This document shows positions 61,423 through 64,000 of a stretch of 64,000 nt of DNA, piece after piece; the stretch's first letter is position 1; each line of letters starts with the position of its first letter. The translations under genes and the position numbers were made by a program. This DNA comes from a virus (Duplodnaviria > Caudoviricetes), in IMG/VR virus record IMGVR_UViG_3300037312_000804, positions 206 through 64,205 of that record, one strand, 5' to 3'. The notes under the pieces are model-generated. The model worked only from the letters and a program-made list of their open reading frames with translations. It did not search any database and was not told the DNA's origin.

Positions 61423-63398
61423 GCGAAGCCCGTCCATGCCAGCAGTTTTGCAGACGTCGTACCGCAGCAGTCAAGGACCAAGTAAACCTTGGCGGTAGTG
61501 ACCCCGGTAACCGTGTCGATGACGGTGAATGCTCCCGTGCCGTTACGCTGAATGGACAACGTTGTAGACGAGCCAGTCCGGGCGTAACGAATCACGTCGC
61601 CAGCCTGCGGAAGAGTCGCCAAGTTTGCCCCGCCGACGTGGCGATACGCGGCGGGAACGGACCCGCTTCCGCCCGTCGCGTAAAAACCTCCGAGATTGGA
61701 AATGGTCGTTCCGGACTGGACAGTACGGATGCCGAAACCAACTTCTGCACCCGCCGCCAGAATGACGAGATCGACCGTCAGATCGCCGGTAGCCCCCAGT
61801 GTTGAGACGCCACCGGTTTCGCTTGCCAGCGCCGCGCCACCGCCCGTATATGTGTACGGTCCGGTGCCGCTTTCGGTGGTCGTGGCCGACAGGGATTGCA
61901 GGCGCGGATAGCTGATCGCGGCCGGCGTGACGCTGTTCGATGCGGCCGATTCGGCCGATGCGCCCACGCTGTTGTTCGCGTGCACGGTGAACGTGTAGGC
62001 CGTGCCGTTCGTCAGGCCGGTGACGCTGCCGGACGTGGCGCCCGCAGCGGCGGTGCCAGTGATTCCGCCCGGCGACGATGTGATCGTGTAACCGGTGATC
62101 GCGCTGCCGCCGTTCGATGCCGGCGCGGTCCAGGTGACAGTCGCCGATGCGTCGCCTGCGGTGGCGGTGCCGATGGTCGGCGCGCCAGGTGCGGTAGCGG
62201 ACAGCAGGGTAACGGAGGCGGACAGCGGCGTGCCGCGGTTGCCGGCGGCGTCGTAGTCGCGCACGCGCACCTGATCGACGGCGCCCGGCGTGCGGCCCGT
62301 GATGTTCACGGTCAGGACGTTGCCGGCATTCGTGTACGTCGTGCCGCCGTCCAGGCTGTATTCGTAGCCGGTGACGGCCACGTTGTCCGAACCGGCTGGC
62401 CACGTCAGCGTGTAGCTGGTCTGCGTGACGCTCGACGCGGTGATGGCGCCGCTCATGGTGGGCGCCGTGGTGTCGGTCGTGGCCGGCGTGGTGACGGTCA
62501 GCGCCAGCGCGGGCGATGCGCGGTTGCCGGACGTGTCGATCGCGCGCAGCGAGCACTGGTAAGCCGTGCTCGGGCTCATGCCGGTGGCGGTCCACGTCAG
62601 CACGTTGCCGATCTGCGTGTAACTGGCGCCGCCGTTGGTGCTGACCTCGTAACCGGAGATGGCCACGTTGTCGGTCGCCGCCACCCACGTGAGCGTAAAG
62701 CCGGTACTCGTGATGTTGGATGAAGCGAGCGATCCAGCCATCACCGGCAGCGTGGTATCGGCCGTGCTGGTGCTGCCCGCCTCGCTGCCTTCGTAGCTGT
62801 ACGCGCGCCAGTAGTCGACGCCGTCGTACGACATCTCCAGCACGTTGATGGCGTTCGCGGTGTTGTTGTAGGGCGGCGAACCGCTGACGGTCTTGAAAGC
62901 CGACAGGTCGGGCACGTTGCCCGATACGCCGTCGGCCTTGAGGCGGAGGTAGCACACCGCACCCCTGACGGCGCCAGCGGCCGGCGTGAACGTGTATTTG
63001 GCGGCGACGGTCTGCTGCGTCATCCACGAGATGCCGACGCGATCGAGCGGCACCGACTGCGAGAACGGCACGTCGCGGTCGATCGGCATGCGCGCCACGT
63101 GCGCGGCCGTCAGCGTGCAGATGACGGTCTTGGTGCCGGCACTGAAATTGACCAGTGCGCCGCTGTTGGACGAGGCCGAAGGCGTACGCGTAAAAGTGTT
63201 GGCGGCCGTGATGGTGCCGGTGCCGCTTTCCCATTCGGCGGTGGCCGCGTTGCGGATGTTGTAGGGGAACGTGGCGCCCACTGCGCCAACTGCGGCCAGC
63301 GCCTGAAAGCCAGCGGCCGGCGTGCCCGAGACAACGAAGGCGCCCGTACCGGTGGACGTCGATGTGTCCTGCACGAGATCAGCAAAACCCAAGCCCAT
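61419..63398 (-). CDS. Tail-associated protein with three fibronectin-III domains
   Basis: N-terminal D.VQ.T.TSTGTG..WE.G.GT; two DTT.P.M...W.A..DNVA..GYE repeats; one PGAPTIG.A.AG.ASATV.W.AP..NGGS.ITGY. Confidence 0.85.
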   Translation of the reverse strand: MGLGFADLVQDTSTSTGTGAFVVSGTPAAGFQALAAVGAVGATFPYNIRNAATAEWESGTGTITAANTFTRTPSASSNSGALVNFSAGTKTVICTLTAAHVARMPIDRDVPFSQSVPLDRVGISWMTQQTVAAKYTFTPAAGAVRGAVCYLRLKADGVSGNVPDLSAFKTVSGSPPYNNTANAINVLEMSYDGVDYWRAYSYEGSEAGSTSTADTTLPVMAGSLASSNITSTGFTLTWVAATDNVAISGYEVSTNGGASYTQIGNVLTWTATGMSPSTAYQCSLRAIDTSGNRASPALALTVTTPATTDTTAPTMSGAITASSVTQTSYTLTWPAGSDNVAVTGYEYSLDGGTTYTNAGNVLTVNITGRTPGAVDQVRVRDYDAAGNRGTPLSASVTLLSATAPGAPTIGTATAGDASATVTWTAPASNGGSAITGYTITSSPGGITGTAAAGATSGSVTGLTNGTAYTFTVHANNSVGASAESAASNSVTPAAISYPRLQSLSATTTESGTGPYTYTGGGAALASETGGVSTLGATGDLTVDLVILAAGAEVGFGIRTVQSGTTISNLGGFYATGGSGSVPAAYRHVGGANLATLPQAGDVIRYARTGSSTTLSIQRNGTGAFTVIDTVTGVTTAKVYLVLDCCGTTSAKLLAWTGFA

Positions 63399-63401
63399 AT
63401 T

Positions 63402-63713
63402 TTATTCCTCGATGATGTTGATAATGACTTCGCTCATGCGGCCCTCGTCGTCGCGCACGATTTCGGCCTTCAGCTTCTTGGGACGGTTGATGAACTCGCG
63501 CATGGCCGCGGTGTTTTGCGCCTGGCGCTGCGCGATCTCCATCAATGCATCCTGCAGGCCCGACATGTCGACGACGGGTGCAGGCGGCGCAACTGGTACC
63601 GGGGCCGGCGCGGCAACTACCGGCGCGGGCGCTGGCGCTGGCGTCGGCGCTTTTCTCGGGCGCGGGCCGCCAGTGACTTCGTGCAGGTGATCGGAGGTTT
63701 TCACGGACAGCAT
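63402..63713 (-). CDS. Small Pro/Ala-linker protein
   Basis: C-terminal RPKKLKAEIVRDDEGRMSEVII. Confidence 0.7.
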   Translation of the reverse strand: MLSVKTSDHLHEVTGGPRPRKAPTPAPAPAPVVAAPAPVPVAPPAPVVDMSGLQDALMEIAQRQAQNTAAMREFINRPKKLKAEIVRDDEGRMSEVIINIIEE

Positions 63714-63717
63714 GGCA

Positions 63718-64000
63718 TCACCCCTTCATGCATTTCAAAAGCGCTTCGAGGTTGCCGATGTCCTCGCGCACGGATTTCAGGGCGGTATGCGCTGGCACCT
63801 TGGCGGTCTCCCAGCGGCGCTCGTCGCGGATGTAGACGTCATGGTCGACCTTCACCTTTTTCATGAAGGAGCGCGGCACGTCGCGCGCGGGTTCCTGTAT
63901 TGGTGCCGGCGCCTCTGCCGCCGCCGGCTGCGGTTCCTCTGGAATATTTTTTGGAATATTTTGTGGTTCGCTTTGGGGTGCCGATGCGGCCTTGCGCGCC
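63718..64000 (-). CDS. C-terminal fragment of a large protein (probably the giant protein that starts at 3140)
   Basis: Hand translation ...EEPQPAAAEAP...TAKVPAHTALKSVREDIGNLEALLKCMKG*. Confidence 0.7.
   Translation of the reverse strand, partial: ARKAASAPQSEPQNIPKNIPEEPQPAAAEAPAPIQEPARDVPRSFMKKVKVDHDVYIRDERRWETAKVPAHTALKSVREDIGNLEALLKCMKG

Larger units (their letters stand above)
1..64000. mobile_element. Podovirus-type dsDNA phage genome (Bcep22-like gene set), apparently circularly permuted
   Basis: Terminases, portal, MCP, tail, lysis, replication and recombination genes fill the window; no host housekeeping genes; virion genes are split across both ends. Confidence 0.93.

Noticed and set aside
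63860-63998. Basic +1-frame reading in the terminal fragment (RARPHRHPKANHKIFQ...)
   Set aside because: Its start lies outside the window and the codon-bias inversion is only partial; cannot be supported.

Overview
The whole window is dsDNA phage sequence, probably close to one circularly permuted genome of a GC-rich podovirus. The gene set resembles Bcep22-like phages, and the host is probably an Oxalobacteraceae member such as Massilia (inference from two host-like small genes). Minus strand, 1-24 kb: DNA-ejection/internal virion proteins, a PAPS-reductase-like gene, GNAT, tail, adaptors, tailspike, N4-gp56-type major capsid, CsrA-like protein, scaffold, portal and terminases. Minus strand, 24-40 kb: many small early/mosaic genes, an HNH endonuclease, a replication initiator with iterons, Cro-like regulators and a DNA methyltransferase. 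Plus strand, 40-46 kb: a recombination module (ERF, YqaJ exonuclease, NinB). Minus strand, 46-64 kb: Fn3/beta-helix accessory proteins, lysis genes and an 1834-aa polyvalent protein (JAB and ART-like domains). No integrase, clear CI repressor or spanin pair was recognised. The three most unusual observations are: (1) three small +1-frame ORFs with their own SD-like sites and host-optimal codons nested in the linkers of the two giant virion proteins; (2) a self-contained ~460-nt ncRNA operon (promoter to terminator) of tRNA-shaped elements with a mutually exclusive pairing switch; (3) a CsrA-like gene directly upstream of a capsid mRNA leader whose RBS is locked in a stem by a GGA-containing strand. 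All functional assignments come from motif recognition by eye; no searches were run.
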